Shown here one piece after another: positions 31,255 through 46,400 of a stretch of DNA of 64,000 nucleotides. Position 1 is the first letter of the stretch. The number at the start of each line of letters is the position of its first letter. The notes beneath the pieces were generated by a model. The model was not told the origin of the DNA. It saw nothing but the letters and a program-made list of their open reading frames with translations, and ran no database searches. Position numbers and translations under genes: made by a program. Source of the stretch: the human T2T-CHM13v2.0 reference genome, Homo sapiens; the NCBI RefSeq assembly GCF_009914755.1, contig NC_060940.1; one strand, 5' to 3'.

Positions 31255-34200
31255 ATTCCATTTGAGTCCAACCAATGATTCCATTCATTTCCATTCAATG
31301 ATTCCATTCGAGTCCATTTGATCATTCCGGTAGGGTCCATTCGATGTTGATTCCATTGGAGTGCATTCGATGATTCCATTCGAGTCCATTTTAGGATTTG
31401 ATTCGAGTCCTTTCGATGATTCCATTCGATTCCACTCGATGATTTCATTCGAGTCCATTTGACACTTCCAATCGATTCCATTTGATGATTCCATTCGAGT
31501 CCAATTGATGATTCCATTCAATTCCATTCGATGATGATTCCGTACAATTCCATTCTGTGATGATTCCATGTGATTGCATTCAATGATGATTCCTTTCGAT
31601 TGCATTCGATTATGATTCATTTCGTGTTCATTCTATGGTTCCACAGGTTTCCATTCGTGTCCATTCCATTATTCCATTCTATTCCATTTGATGATGATTC
31701 CATTCGATTCCATTCATTGGTGATTCCACTCAATTCCATTCAATGATTCCATTCCATTTCTTTCAACAATGATTCCATTAGTTTCTAATCGATGATCCAC
31801 TTGATTCCATTTGACGACGATTCCATTCTTGTCCATTCGATGATTCCATTTGATTCCATATGATGATGATTCCATTCGATTCCATACCATGATGATTCCA
31901 TTCGAGTCCATTCAATGGTGATTCCATTCAATTCCATTCGATGATTCCTTTTGATTCCATTCGATGATGATTGCATTCGATTCCTTTCAATCATTCCCTT
32001 TGATTCCATTCAAAAGTGATTTCATTCAAGTCCATTCGATAATTGCATTCGATTCCATTCTATGATGATTCCATTCGAGTCCATTTGATGATTCCATTCA
32101 ATTCAAGTCAATGATGATTCCATTCGATTCCATTCGATGATTCCATTGGATTCCATTCGATGATGATTCCATTCAAATCCATTCGATAATTCAATTCAAG
32201 TCCATTCGATGATGATTCCAATCGAATCCATTCAAAGATTCCATTCAGTTCCATTCGATGATTCCCTTAGATTCCATTCGATGATTCCACTTGATTGCAT
32301 TTACGATGATTCCATTCGATTCCATGTGATGATTCCATTCAATTCTATTCAATGATGTCTCCATTTGATTCCATTCGACCATGATTGCCTTTGATTCCAT
32401 TCAATGATTCCATTCGGTTCCGTTTGATGATGATTCCGTTCGATTCCATTTGATGATTCCATTTGATTCCATTGGATGAGTCCATTCGATTACATTCGAT
32501 GATTATTCCATTCGAGTGCATTAGATGATTCCATTCGAGTCCATTCGATGATTCCATTCGATTCCATTCGATGTTGATTCTGTTCAAATCCATTCGATGA
32601 TTCCACTCGATTCCATTCGTTGACTCCATTTGATCCCATTCGATGATTTCCTTTGATTCCCTTTGATGATCATTCCATTTGATTCAATTCGGTGATTTCA
32701 TTTGATTCCATTCAGTGATGTTTCCATTCGACTCCATTCGATGATGATTCCATTCGACTCCATTCGATTATGATTTCATTCAATTCCATTCGATAATGAT
32801 TCCCTTCGAGTCCATTCGATGATTCCATTCGATTCCATTCAACGATGATTTGATTCGTGTCCATTCGATGATTCCATTTGATTCCACTTGATGATGATTC
32901 CATTCGAGTCCATTTGATGATTCCATTCAATTCCATACTCCGATGATTTCTTTTGAGCCCACTCAATGCTTCCACTCGATTCCATATGATGATGACTCCA
33001 TTCGATGAAATTCGATGATGATTCCATTCGCTTGCTTTCGATGATGATTCCACTTGAGTCCGTTAGAAGATTCTATTCAATTACATTCCATGACGATTCC
33101 GTTCGAGTCCATTTGATGATTCCATTAGACTCCATTCGACGATGATTCCATTCGATGTTATTCGATGATTCCATTCGATCTCATTCGATGATGATTCCAT
33201 TCAACTCCATTCGATGTTTCCATTCGAGTTCATTCTATTATTCCATTAGATTCCATTCGATGATGATTCCATTCGATTCCATTTGATGATTGCATTCTAT
33301 TTCATTTGATGATGATTCCATTCGAGTCCACTCGATGATTCCATTCGAGTCCATTTAATGAATCCATTGGTTTCAATTCTATGATGATTACATTGGATTC
33401 CATTCGTTGATGATTTCATTCGGTTCCATTCAAGGATGATTCCATTCAATTCCTTTCAATGTTTCCATTCAATTCCATACGATGATGATTCCATTTGATT
33501 TGATTCGACAGTGAGCCATTCGATTCAATTCCATGATGATTCTATTTGATTCAATTGGTTGACATTTCCATTCGATTCCATTCGATGATGATTCCCTTTG
33601 ATTCCGTTCAAAGATGATTCCATTCTAGCCCATTCAATCATTCCATTCGATTCTATTCAATGATGATTCCATTCATGTCGATTTGGTGATTCCATTTGAC
33701 TTCATTTGATGATGATTCCTTTCAAGTTCATTAGATGATTCCATTCGATTCCATTTGATGATGATCCCATTCGAGTCCATTCAGTGATTCCATTCGTTTC
33801 CATTCCATGATGATTCCATTCCTTTCCATTCAATGATTCCATTCGATTCCGTTTGATGATGATTTCATTCGAGTCCATTTGATGATTCCATTTGATTCCA
33901 TTCGATGATGATTCCATTCGAGTCCATTCGATGATTCTATTCGAATCCATTTGATGATTTCTTTTGATTATATTTGGTGATGATTCCATTGGAGTCCATT
34001 CAATGATTCCATTCTATTCCAATCGATGATGATTCCATTAGAGTCCATTTAATGATTCCATTTGATTCCAGTCTCTGATGATTACATTCGAGTCCATACG
34101 ATGATTCCACTCAATTCCATATGATGATGATTCCATTTGATTCCATTCGGTGATTCCATTCTATTCTATTCAATGGTGATTCCATTCGAGTACATTAGAT

Positions 34201-37200
34201 GATTCCATTCGATTCCATTCAATGATGATTCTATTTGTGTCCCTTAGATGATTCCACATGATTCCATTAGATGATGATACTATTTGAGCCCATCCAATGA
34301 TTCCCTTCGATTCCATTCGATGAGGATTCCATTCGATTCAATTCATTGGTGATTCTATTCAATTCAATTCTTTGATTCCATTCCATTCCATTCGACAATG
34401 ATTCCATTCGATTTCTTTCGATGATTCCACTCGATTCCACTTGACATTGATTCCATTCGATTCCATTCAATGATTCCATTTGATTCCAGTGGATGATGAT
34501 TGCCATCGATTCCATTCGATCACTCCATTCTATTCCATTTGATGATGATTACATTCGATTCCATTTGATGATTCCATCTGATTCTATTCGAGGATTCCAT
34601 TTGATTCCATTCGATGATGATTCCATTCGAGTCCATTCGATGATTTCATTCGAGTACATCCAATGATTCCATTCGAGTCCATTAGATGATTCCATTTGAT
34701 TCCATTTGAAAATGATTCTACTAGAGTCCATTCAATGACTCCATTCGAGTCCATTCAACAATTCCATTCGACTCCATTCGATGATTCCATTCGATTCCAT
34801 TTGATGGTTCCATTCGAGTCCATTTAATCATTACAGTCGAGTCCATTTGGTGATTCCACTGGATTTCTTTTGATAATGATACCATTCAATTACATTTGAT
34901 GATGATCCCATTCAATTTCATTGGATGATGATTCCATTAGAGTCCATTCGATGATTTCATTCGAGTCCCTTCATTGATTCCATCCGATTTCATTGGATGA
35001 TGACTCCATTCGAGTCCATTCGATGATTCCAATCGATTCCATTAGATGACTCCATTGGAGTCCATTTGATTGTTCCATTCGATTCCATTCGATTCCTTTC
35101 GAAGATTATTCCATTTGAGTCCATTCGATGATGATTCCATTCCATTCCATTCGATGATTCCGTTTGATTCCATTCGATGATTCCCTTCGATTCCTTTCTT
35201 TGATGATTCCATTCCATTCCATTCAATGATTCCATTCGAATCTATTCCATGATGATTCCTTTCGATTCCATTCGCTGATGTTTCCGTTCAATTCCATTCG
35301 ATGATGATTCCATTCGATTCCATTCATTGAGGATTCCATTTGATTCCATTCAATGATGATTCCATTCTATTCCATTCAATGATTGCATTCAATTCCATTC
35401 AATGATTATCCCCTTAGAGTAAACTCAACGATTCCATTCAATACCATTCGATGATGATTCCTTTTGAGTCCATTCAATGATTTCATTCAAGTCCATTTGA
35501 TGATTCCTTTCAATTCCATTCTATGATGATTCCATTCGAGTCCATTCGATGATTCCATTCGATTGCATTCGATGATTCCATTATATTCCATTCAACGGTG
35601 ATTCCATTCGAGTCCATTCCATGATTCCATTAGAGTACATTTAATGATTGCTTTGTTTTCAATTCGAAGATGATTACATTGGATTCCATTCTATGATACC
35701 ATTCGATTCCATTCAATGATGATTCCACTCAAATCCATTGGATGATTCCATTCGTGTCCATTCGGTGATTTCATTAGATTCCATTCGAGGATGATTCCAT
35801 TCGATTCCATTCGATGATTCCATTCAATTCCATTCGATGATGATTCCATTCCAGTCCATATGATCATTCCATTTGATTTCATTCGATGATGATTCCATTC
35901 GATTCCATTCGACGATTCCATTCTATTCCATTCGATGATGATTCCATTCGAGTCCATTCGATGATTCCATTCGAGTCCATTTAATGATTCCATTGGGTTC
36001 AATTCAATGATGATTACATTGGATTCCGTTCTATGATTCCATTCAATTCCGTTCATTGACAATTTGATTCCATTCGATGATGATTCCATTTGAGTTCATT
36101 CTATGATTCTATTCGATTCTCTTCGATGGTGATTCAATTCTATTATATTGGATGATTCCATTCGATTCCATTTGATGTTGATTCAATTCGATTCTATTCG
36201 ATGATGATTCCATTGGATTTCACTTGATGATTCTATTCGATTCCATTCAATGATGATTCACTTCTCGTCCATTGGATGATTCCATTTCATTCCATTCGAT
36301 GATGATTCCATTCGATTCCATTCGATGATTCCATTTGATTCCATGCGACGGTGAGCAATTCGATTCAATTCCATGATGATTCTATTTGATTCAATTAGAT
36401 GATGTTTCCATTCGAATCCATTCCATGATTATTCCATTGGAATCCATTCGGCGATGATTCCATATGAGTCAATTCAATGATGATTCCATATGGGTCCGTT
36501 CGATGATAATTCCATTTGATTTCATTCGATGCTTCTATTCTATTCCAGTCGATGATGATTCCGTTGGAGTCCATACGATGATTCCATTTGATTTCATTTG
36601 ATGATGATTCCATTCGATGATGATTACATTGGATTCCATTCTATGATTCCATTCAATTCCATTCGTTGATGATTCGATTCCATTCAATGATGATTCCATT
36701 TGAGTTCATTCGATGATTCTATTCGATTCCGTTCGATGGTGATTCAATTCTATTATATTGGATGATTCCACTCGATTCCATTTGATGATTATTCCATTGG
36801 AGTCCACTTAGTGAATCCTTTAGATTCTACTCGACGATGATTCCATTCGAGTCCATTCGATGATACCATTCAATTCCATTCGTTGATGCTTCCATTCAAG
36901 TGCATTCGATGATATCATTCGATTCCATTTGATGATAATTCCATTTGATTCCATGCGGTGATTCTATTCGATTCCATTCAATGATAATTCCATTCAATTC
37001 AGTGATTCCTCTGGACTCCATTTGATGATGATTCCATTCAATGATTCCATTCGATTCTATTCGAAAATGATTCCATTTGAATCCATTTGATGATGATTCC
37101 ATTAGATTCCATTTGATGATTCCATTCGATTCCATTCGACGATGATTCCATTCGATTCCGTTTGATGATTCCATTCTATTCTATTCGATGATGATTCCAT

Positions 37201-37363
37201 TCGATTCCATTCGATGATGATTGGATTCGATTCCATTTGATGATTTCATTTGATTCCATTCGTTAATGATTTCGATCAATTCCATTCGATGATTCCATTC
37301 GATTCCATTCGATAATGATTACATCCGAGTCCATTCGATGATTCCCTTTGAGCCTGTTCGATA
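31255..37363 (+). repeat. Unit 7: full-length 6109-bp unit
   Basis: Landmarks at 31325 and 37434. All blocks of the ~6.11-kb consensus are present, minus one GAT triplet. Confidence 0.92.
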
Positions 37364-40300
37364 ATTCCATTTGAGTCCAACCAATGATTCCATTCATTTC
37401 CATTCAATGATTCCATTCGAGTCCATTTGATCATTCCGGTAGGGTCCATTCGATGTTGATTCCATTGGAGTGCATTCGATGATTCCATTCGAGTCCATTT
37501 TAGGATTTGATTCGAGTCCTTTCGATGATTCCATTCGATTCCACTCGATGATGATTTCATTCGAGTCCATTCGACACTTCCAATCGATTCCATTTGATGA
37601 TTCCATTCGAGTCCAATTGATGATTCCATTCAATTCCATTCGATGATGATTCCGTACAATTCCATTCTGTGATGATTCCATGTGATTGCATTCAATGATG
37701 ATTCCTTTCGATTGCATTCGATTATGATTCATTTCGTGTTCATTCTATGGTTCCACAGGTTTCCATTCGTGTCCATTCCATTATTCCATTCTATTCCATT
37801 TGATGATGATTCCATTCGATTCCATTCATTGGTGATTCCACTCAATTCCATTCAATGATTCCATTCCATTTCTTTCAACAATGATTCCATTAGTTTCTAA
37901 TCGATGATCCACTTGATTCCATTTGACGACGATTCCATTCTTGTCCATTCGATGATTCCATTTGATTCCATATGATGATGATTCCATTCGATTCCATACC
38001 ATGATGATTCCATTCGAGTCCATTCAATGGTGATTCCATTCAATTCCATTCGATGATTCCTTTCGATTCCATTCGATGATGATGGCATTCGATTCCTTTC
38101 AATCATTCCCTTTGATTCCATTCCGAGGTGATTTCATTCAAGTCCATTCGATAATTGCATTCGATTCCATTCTATGATGATTCCATTCGAGTCCATTTGA
38201 TGATTCCATTCAATTCAAGTCAATGATGATTCCATTCGATTCCATTCGATGATTCCATTGGATTCCATTCGATGATGATTCCATTCAAATCCATTCGATA
38301 ATTCAATTCAAGTCCATTCGATGATGATTCCAATCGAATCCATTCAAAGATTCCATTCAGTTCCATTCGATGATTCCCTTAGATTCCATTCGATGATTCC
38401 ACTTGATTGCATTTACGATGATTCCATTCGATTCCATGTGATGATTCCATTCAATTCTATTCAATGATGTCTCCATTTGATTCCATTCGACCATGATTGC
38501 CTTTGATTCCATTCAATGATTCCATTCGGTTCCGTTTGATGATGATTCCGTTCGATTCCATTTGATGATTCCATTTGATTCCATTGGATGAGTCCATTCG
38601 ATTACATTCGATGATTATTCCATTCGAGTGCATTAGATGATTCCATTCGAGTCCATTCGATGATTCCATTCGATTCCATTCGATGTTGATTCTGTTCAAA
38701 TCCATTCGATGATTCCACTCGATTCCATTCGTTGACTCCATTTGATCCCATTCGATGATTTCCTTTGATTCCCTTTGATGATCATTCCATTTGATTCAAT
38801 TCGGTGATTTCATTTGATTCCATTCAGTGATGTTTCCATTCGACTCCATTCGATGATGATTCCATTCGACTCCATTCGATTATGATTTCATTCAATTCCA
38901 TTCGATAATGATTCCCTTCGAGTCCATTCGATGATTCCATTCGATTCCATTCAACGATGATTTGATTCGTGTCCATTCGATGATTCCATTTGATTCCACT
39001 TGATGATGATTCCATTCGAGTCCATTTGATGATTCCATTCAATTCCATACTCCGATGATTTCTTTTGAGCCCACTCAATGCTTCCACTCGATTCCATATG
39101 ATGATGACTCCATTCGATGAAATTCGATGATGATTCCATTCGCTTGCTTTCGATGATGATTCCACTTGAGTCCGTTAGAAGATTCTATTCAACTACATTC
39201 CAGGACGATTCCGTTCGAGTCCATTTGATGATTCCAGTAGACTCCATTCGACGATGATTCCATTCGATGTTATTCGATGATTCCATTCGATCTCATTCGA
39301 TGATGATTCCATTCAACTCCATTCGATGTTTCCATTCGAGTTCATTCTATTATTCCATTAGATTCCATTCGATGATGATTCCATTCGATTCCATTTGATG
39401 ATTGCATTCTATTTCATTTGATGATGATTCCATTCGAGTCCACTCGATGATTCCATTCGAGTCCATTTAATGAATCCATTGGTTTCAATTCTATGATGAT
39501 TACATTGGATTCCATTCGTTGATGATTTCATTCGGTTCCATTCAATGATGATTCCATTCAATTCCTTTCAATGTTTCCATTCAATTCCATACGATGATGA
39601 TTCCATTTGATTTGATTCGACAGTGAGCCATTCGATTCAATTCCATGATGATTCTATTTGATTCAATTGGTTGACATTTCCATTCGATTCCATTCGATGA
39701 TGATTCCCTTTGATTCCGTTCAAAGATGATTCCATTCTAGCCCATTCAATCATTCCATTCGATTCTATTCAATGATGATTCCATTCATGTCGATTTGGTG
39801 ATTCCATTTGACTTCATTTGATGATGATTCCTTTCAAGTTCATTAGATGATTCCATTCGATTCCATTTGATGATGATCCCATTCGAGTCCATTCAGTGAT
39901 TCCATTCGTTTCCATTCCATGATGATTCCATTCCTTTCCATTCAATGATTCCATTCGATTCCGTTTGATGATGATTTCATTCGAGTCCATTTGATGATTC
40001 CATTTGATTCCATTCGATGATGATTCCATTCGAGTCCATTCGATGATTCTATTCGAATCCATTTGATGATTTCTTTTGATTATATTTGGTGATGATTCCA
40101 TTGGAGTCCATTCAATGATTCCATTCTATTCCAATCGATGATGATTCCATTAGAGTCCATTTAATGATTCCATTTGATTCCAGTCTCTGATGATTACATT
40201 CGAGTCCATACGATGATTCCACTCAATTCCATATGATGATGATTCCATTTGATTCCATTCGGTGATTCCATTCTATTCTATTCAATGGTGATTCCATTCG

Positions 40301-43300
40301 AGTACATTAGATGATTCCATTCGATTCCATTCAATGATGATTCTATTTGTGTCCCTTAGATGATTCCACATGATTCCATTACATGATGATACTATTTGAG
40401 CCCATCCAATGATTCCCTTCGATTCCATTCGATGAGGATTCCATTCGATTCAATTCATTGGTGATTCTATTCAATTCAATTCTTTGATTCCATTCCATTC
40501 CATTCGACAATGATTCCATTCGATTTCTTTCGATGATTCCACTCGATTCCACTTGACATTGATTCCATTCGATTCCATTCAATGATTCCATTTGATTCCA
40601 GTGGATGATGATTGCCATCGATTCCATTCGATCACTCCATTCTATTCCATTTGATGATGATTACATTCGATTCCATTTGATGATTCCATCTGATTCTATT
40701 CGAGGATTCCATTTGATTCCATTCGATGATGATTCCATTCGAGTCCATTCGATGATTTCATTCGAGTACATCCAATGATTCCATTCGAGTCCATTAGATG
40801 ATTCCATTTGATTCCATTTGAAAATGATTCTACTAGAGTCCATTCAATGACTCCATTCGAGTCCATTCAACAATTCCATTCGACTCCATTCGATGATTCC
40901 ATTCGATTCCATTTGATGGTTCCATTCGAGTCCATTTGGTGATTCCACCGGATTTCTTTTGATAATGATATCATTCAATTACATTTGATGATGATCCCAT
41001 TCAATTTCATTTGATGATGACTCCATTAGACTCCATTCGATGATTTCATTCGAGTCCCTTCATTGATTCCATCCGATTTCATTGGATGATGACTCCATTC
41101 GAGTCCATTCGATGATTCCACTCGATTCCATTAGATGATTCCATTGGAGTCCATTTGATTGTTCCATTCGATTCCATTCGATTCCTTTCGAAGATTATTC
41201 CATTTGAGTCCATTCGATGATGATTCCATTCCATTCCATTCGATGATTCCGTTTGATTCCATTCGATGATTCCCTTTGATTCCTTTCTTAGATGATTCCA
41301 TTCCATTCCATTCAATGATTCCATTCGAATCTATTCCGTGATGATTCCTTTCGATTCCATTCGCTGATGTTTCCGTTCAATTCCATTCGGTGATGATTCC
41401 ATTCGATTCCATTCATTGAGGATTCCATTTGATTCCATTCAATGATGATTCCGTTCTATTCCATTCAATGATTGCATTCAATTCCATTCAATGATTATCC
41501 CCTTAGAGTAAACTCAACGATTCCATTCAATACCATTCGATGATGATTCGTTTTGAGTCCATTCAATGATTTCATTCAAGTCCATTTGATGATTCCTTTC
41601 AATTCCATTCTATGATGATTCCATTCGAGTCCATTCGATGATTCCATTCGATTGCATTCGATGATTCCATTATATTCCAGTCAACGATGATTCCATTCGA
41701 GTCCATTCGATGATTCCATTAGAGTACATTTAATGATTGCTTTGTTTTCAATTCGAAGATGATTACATTGGATTCCATTCTTTGATACCATTCGATTCCA
41801 TTCAATGATGATTCCACTCAAATCTATTGGATGATTCCATTCGTTTCCGTTCGGTGATTTCATTAGATTCCATTCGAGGATGATTCCATTCGATTCCATT
41901 CGATGATTCCATTCAATTCCATTCGATGATGATTCCATTCCAGTCCATATGATCATTCCATTTGATTTCATTCGATGATGATTCCATTCGATTCCATTCG
42001 ACGATTCCATTCTATTCCATTCGATGATGATTCCATTCGAGTCCATTCGATGATTCCATTCGAGTCCATTTAATGATTCCATTGGGTTCAATTCAATGAT
42101 GATTACATTGGATTCCGTTCTATGATTCCATTCAATTCCGTTCATTGACAATTTGATTCCATTCGATGATGATTCCATTTGAGTTCATTCGATGATTCTA
42201 TTCGATTCTCTTCGATGGTGATTCAATTCTATTATATTGGATGATTCCATTCGATTCCATTTCATGTTGATTCAATTCGATTCTATTCGATGATGATTCC
42301 ATTGGATTTCACTTGATGATTCTATTCGATTCCATTCAATGATGATTCACTTCTCGTCCATTGGATGATTCCATTTCATTCCATTCGATGATGATTCCAT
42401 TCGATTCCATTCGATGATTCCATTTGATTCCATGCGACGGTGAGCAATTCGATTCAATTCAATGATGATTCTATCTGATTCAATTAGATGATGTTTCCAT
42501 TCGAATCCATTCCATGATTATTCCATTGGAATCCATTCGGCGATGATTCCATATGAGTCAATTCAATGATGATTCCATATGGGTCCGTTCGATGACAATT
42601 CCATTTGATTTCATTCGGTGCTTCTATTCAATTCCAGTCGATGATGATTCCGTTGGAGTCCATACGATGATTCCATTTGATTTCATTTGATGATGATTCC
42701 ATTCGATGATGATTACATTGGATTCCATTCTATGATTCCATTCAATTCCATTCGTTGATGATTCGATTCCATTCAATGATGATTCCATTTGAGTTCATTC
42801 GATGATTCTATTCGATTCCGTTCGATGGTGATTCAATTCTCTTATATTGGATGAATCCACTCGATTCCATTTGATGATTATTCCATTGGAGTCCACTTAG
42901 TGAATCCTTCAGATTCTACTCGAAGATGATTCCATTCAAGTCCATTCGATGATACCATTCAATTCCATTCGTTGATGCTTCCATTCAAGTGCATTCGATC
43001 ATATCATTCGATTCCATTTGATGATAATTCCATTTGATTCCATGCGATGATTCTATTCGATTCCATTCAATGATAATTCCATTCAGTTCAGTGATTCCTC
43101 TGGACTCCATTTGATGATGATTCCATTCAATGATTCCATTCGATTCTATTTGAAAATGATTCCATTTGAATCCATTTGATGATGATTCCATTAGATTCCA
43201 TTTGATGATTCCATTCGATTCCATGCGACGATGATTCCATTCGATTCCATTTGATGATTCCATTCTATTCTATTCGATGATGATTCCATTTGATTCCATT

Positions 43301-43452
43301 CGATGATGATTGGATTCGATTCCATTTGATGATTTCATTTGATTCCATTCGTTAATGATTTTGATCAATTCCATTCGATGATTCCATTCGATTCCATTCG
43401 ATAATGATTACATCCGTGTGCATTCAATGATTCCATTTGAGCCTGTTCGATA
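37364..43452 (+). repeat. Unit 8: 6089-bp unit (full length minus one 23-bp module)
   Basis: Landmarks at 37434 and 43523. AATCATTACAGTCGAGTCCATTT is missing at about 40937. Confidence 0.9.
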
Positions 43453-46400
43453 ATTCCATTTGAGTCCAACCAATGATTCCATTCATTTCCATTCAACGTT
43501 TCCATTCGAGTCCATTTGATCATTCCGGTAGGGTCCATTCGATGTTGATTCCATTGGAGTGCATTCGATGATTCCATTCGAGTCCATTTTATGATTTGAT
43601 TCGAGTCCTTTCGATGATTCCATTCGATTCCACTCGATGATGATTTCATTCGAGTCCATTCGACACTTCCAATCGATTCCATTTGATGTTTCCATTCGAG
43701 TCCAATCGATGATTCCATTCAATTCCATTCGATGATGATTCCGTATGATTCCATTCTGTGATGATTCCATGTGATTGCATTCAATGATGATTCCTTTAGA
43801 TTGCATTCGATTGTGATTCATTTCGTCTTCATTCTATGGTTCCACAGGTTTCCATTCGTGTCCATTCCATTATTCCATTCTATTCCATTTGATGATGATT
43901 CCATTCGATTCCATTCATTGGTGATTCCACTCAATTCCATTCCATTTCTTTCAACAATGATTCCATTAGTTTCTATTCGATGATCCACTTGATTGCATTT
44001 GACGACGATTCCATTCGTGTCCATTCGATGATTCCATTTGATTCCATATGATGATGATTCCATTCGATTCCATACGATGATGATTCCATTCGAGTCCATT
44101 CAATGGTGATTCCATTCAATTCCATTCGATGATTCCTTTCGATTCCATTCGATGATGATGGCATTCGATTCCTTTCAATCATTCCCTTTGATTGCATTCA
44201 AAGGTGATTTCATTCAAGTCCATTCGATAATTGCATTCGATTCCATTCTATGATGATTCCATTCGAGTCCATTTGATGATTCCATTCAATTCAAGTCAAT
44301 GATGATTCCATTCGATTCCATTCGATGATTCCATTGGATTCCATTCGATGATGATTCCATTCAAATCCATTCGATAATTCAATTCAAGTCCATTCGATGA
44401 TGATTAAAATCGAATCCATTCAAAGATTCCATTCAGTTCCATTCGATGATTCCCTTAGATTCCATTCGATGATTCCACTTGATTTCATTTACGATGATTC
44501 CATTCGATTCCATGTGATGATTCCATTCAATTCTATTCAATGCTGTTTCCATTTGATTCCATTCGACCATGATTGCCTTTGATTCCATTCAATGACTCCA
44601 TTCGGTTCCTTTTGATGATGATTCCGTTCGATTCCATTTCATTATTCCATTTGATTCCATTGGATGAGTCCATTCGATTACATTCGATGATTATTCCATT
44701 CGAGTGCATTAGATGATTCCATTCGAGTCCATTCGATGATTCCATTCGATTCCATTCGATGTTGATTCTGTTCAAATCCATTCGATGATTCCACTCGATT
44801 CCATTCGATGACTCCAGTTGATCCCATTCGATGATTTCCTTTGATTCCCTTTGATGATCATTCCATTTGATTCAATTCGGTGATTTCATTTGATTCCATT
44901 CAGTGATGTTTCCATTCGACTCCATTCGATGATGATTCCATTCGACTCCATTGGATTATGATTTCATTCAATTCCATTCGATAATGATTCCCTTCGAGTC
45001 CATTCGATGATTCCATTCGATTCCATTCAACGATGATTTGATTCGTGTCCATTCGATGATTCCATTTGATTCCACTTGATGATGATTCCATTCGAGTCCA
45101 TTTGATGATTCCATTCAATTCCATTCTCCGATGATTTCTTTTGAGCCCATTCAATGCTTCCACTCGATTCCATATGATGATGACTCCATTCGATGAAATT
45201 CGATGACGATTCCATTCGCTTGCATTCGATGATGATTCCACTTGAGTCCATTAGAAGATTCTATTCAATTACATTCCATGACGATTCCGTTCGAGTCCAT
45301 TTGATGATTCCATTAGACTCCATTCGACGATGATTCCATTCGATGTTATTCGATGATTCCATTCGATCTCATTCGATGATGATTCCATTCAACTCCATTC
45401 GATGTTTCCATTCGAGTTCATTCTATTATTCCATTAGATTCCATTCGATGATGATTCCATTCGATTCCATTTGATGATTGCATTCTATTTCATTTGATGA
45501 TGATTCCATTCGAGTCCACTCGATGATTCCATTCGAGTCCATTTAATGAATCCATTGGTTTCAATTCTATGATGATTACATTGGATTCCATTCGTTGATG
45601 ATTTCATTCGGGTCCATTCAATGATGATTCAATTCAATTCCTTTCAATGTTTCCATTCAATTCCATACGATGATGATTCCATTTGATTTGATTCGACAGT
45701 GAGCCATTCGATTCAATTCCATGATGATTCTATTTGATTCCATTGGTTGACATTTCCATTCGATTCCATTCGATGATGATTCCCTTTGATTCCATTCAAA
45801 GATGATTCCATTCTAGCCCATTCAATCATTCCATTCGATTCTATTCAATGATGATTCTATTCATGTCGATTTGGTGATTCCATTTGACTTCATTTGATGA
45901 TGATTCCTTTCAAGTTCATTAGATGATTCCATTCGATTCCATTTGATGATGATCCCATTCGAGTCCATTCAGTGATTCCACTCGTTTCCATTCCATGATG
46001 ATTCCATTCCATTCCATTCAATGATTCCATTCGATTCCGTTTGATGATGATTTCATTCGAGTCCATTTGATGATTCCATTTGATTCCATTCGATGATGAT
46101 TCCATTCGAGTCCATTCGATGATTCTATTCGAATCCATTTGATGATTTCTTTTGATTATAGTTGGTGATGATTCCATTGGAGTCCATTCAATGATTCCAT
46201 TTGATTCCAATCGATGGTGATTCCATTAGAGTCCATTTAATGATTCCATTTGATTCCAGTCTCTGATGATTACATTCGAGTCCATACGATGATTCCACTC
46301 AATTCCATATGATGATGATTCCATTCGATTCCATTCGATGATTCCATTCTATTCTATTCAATGGTGATTCCATTCGAGTACATTAGATGATTCCATTCGA

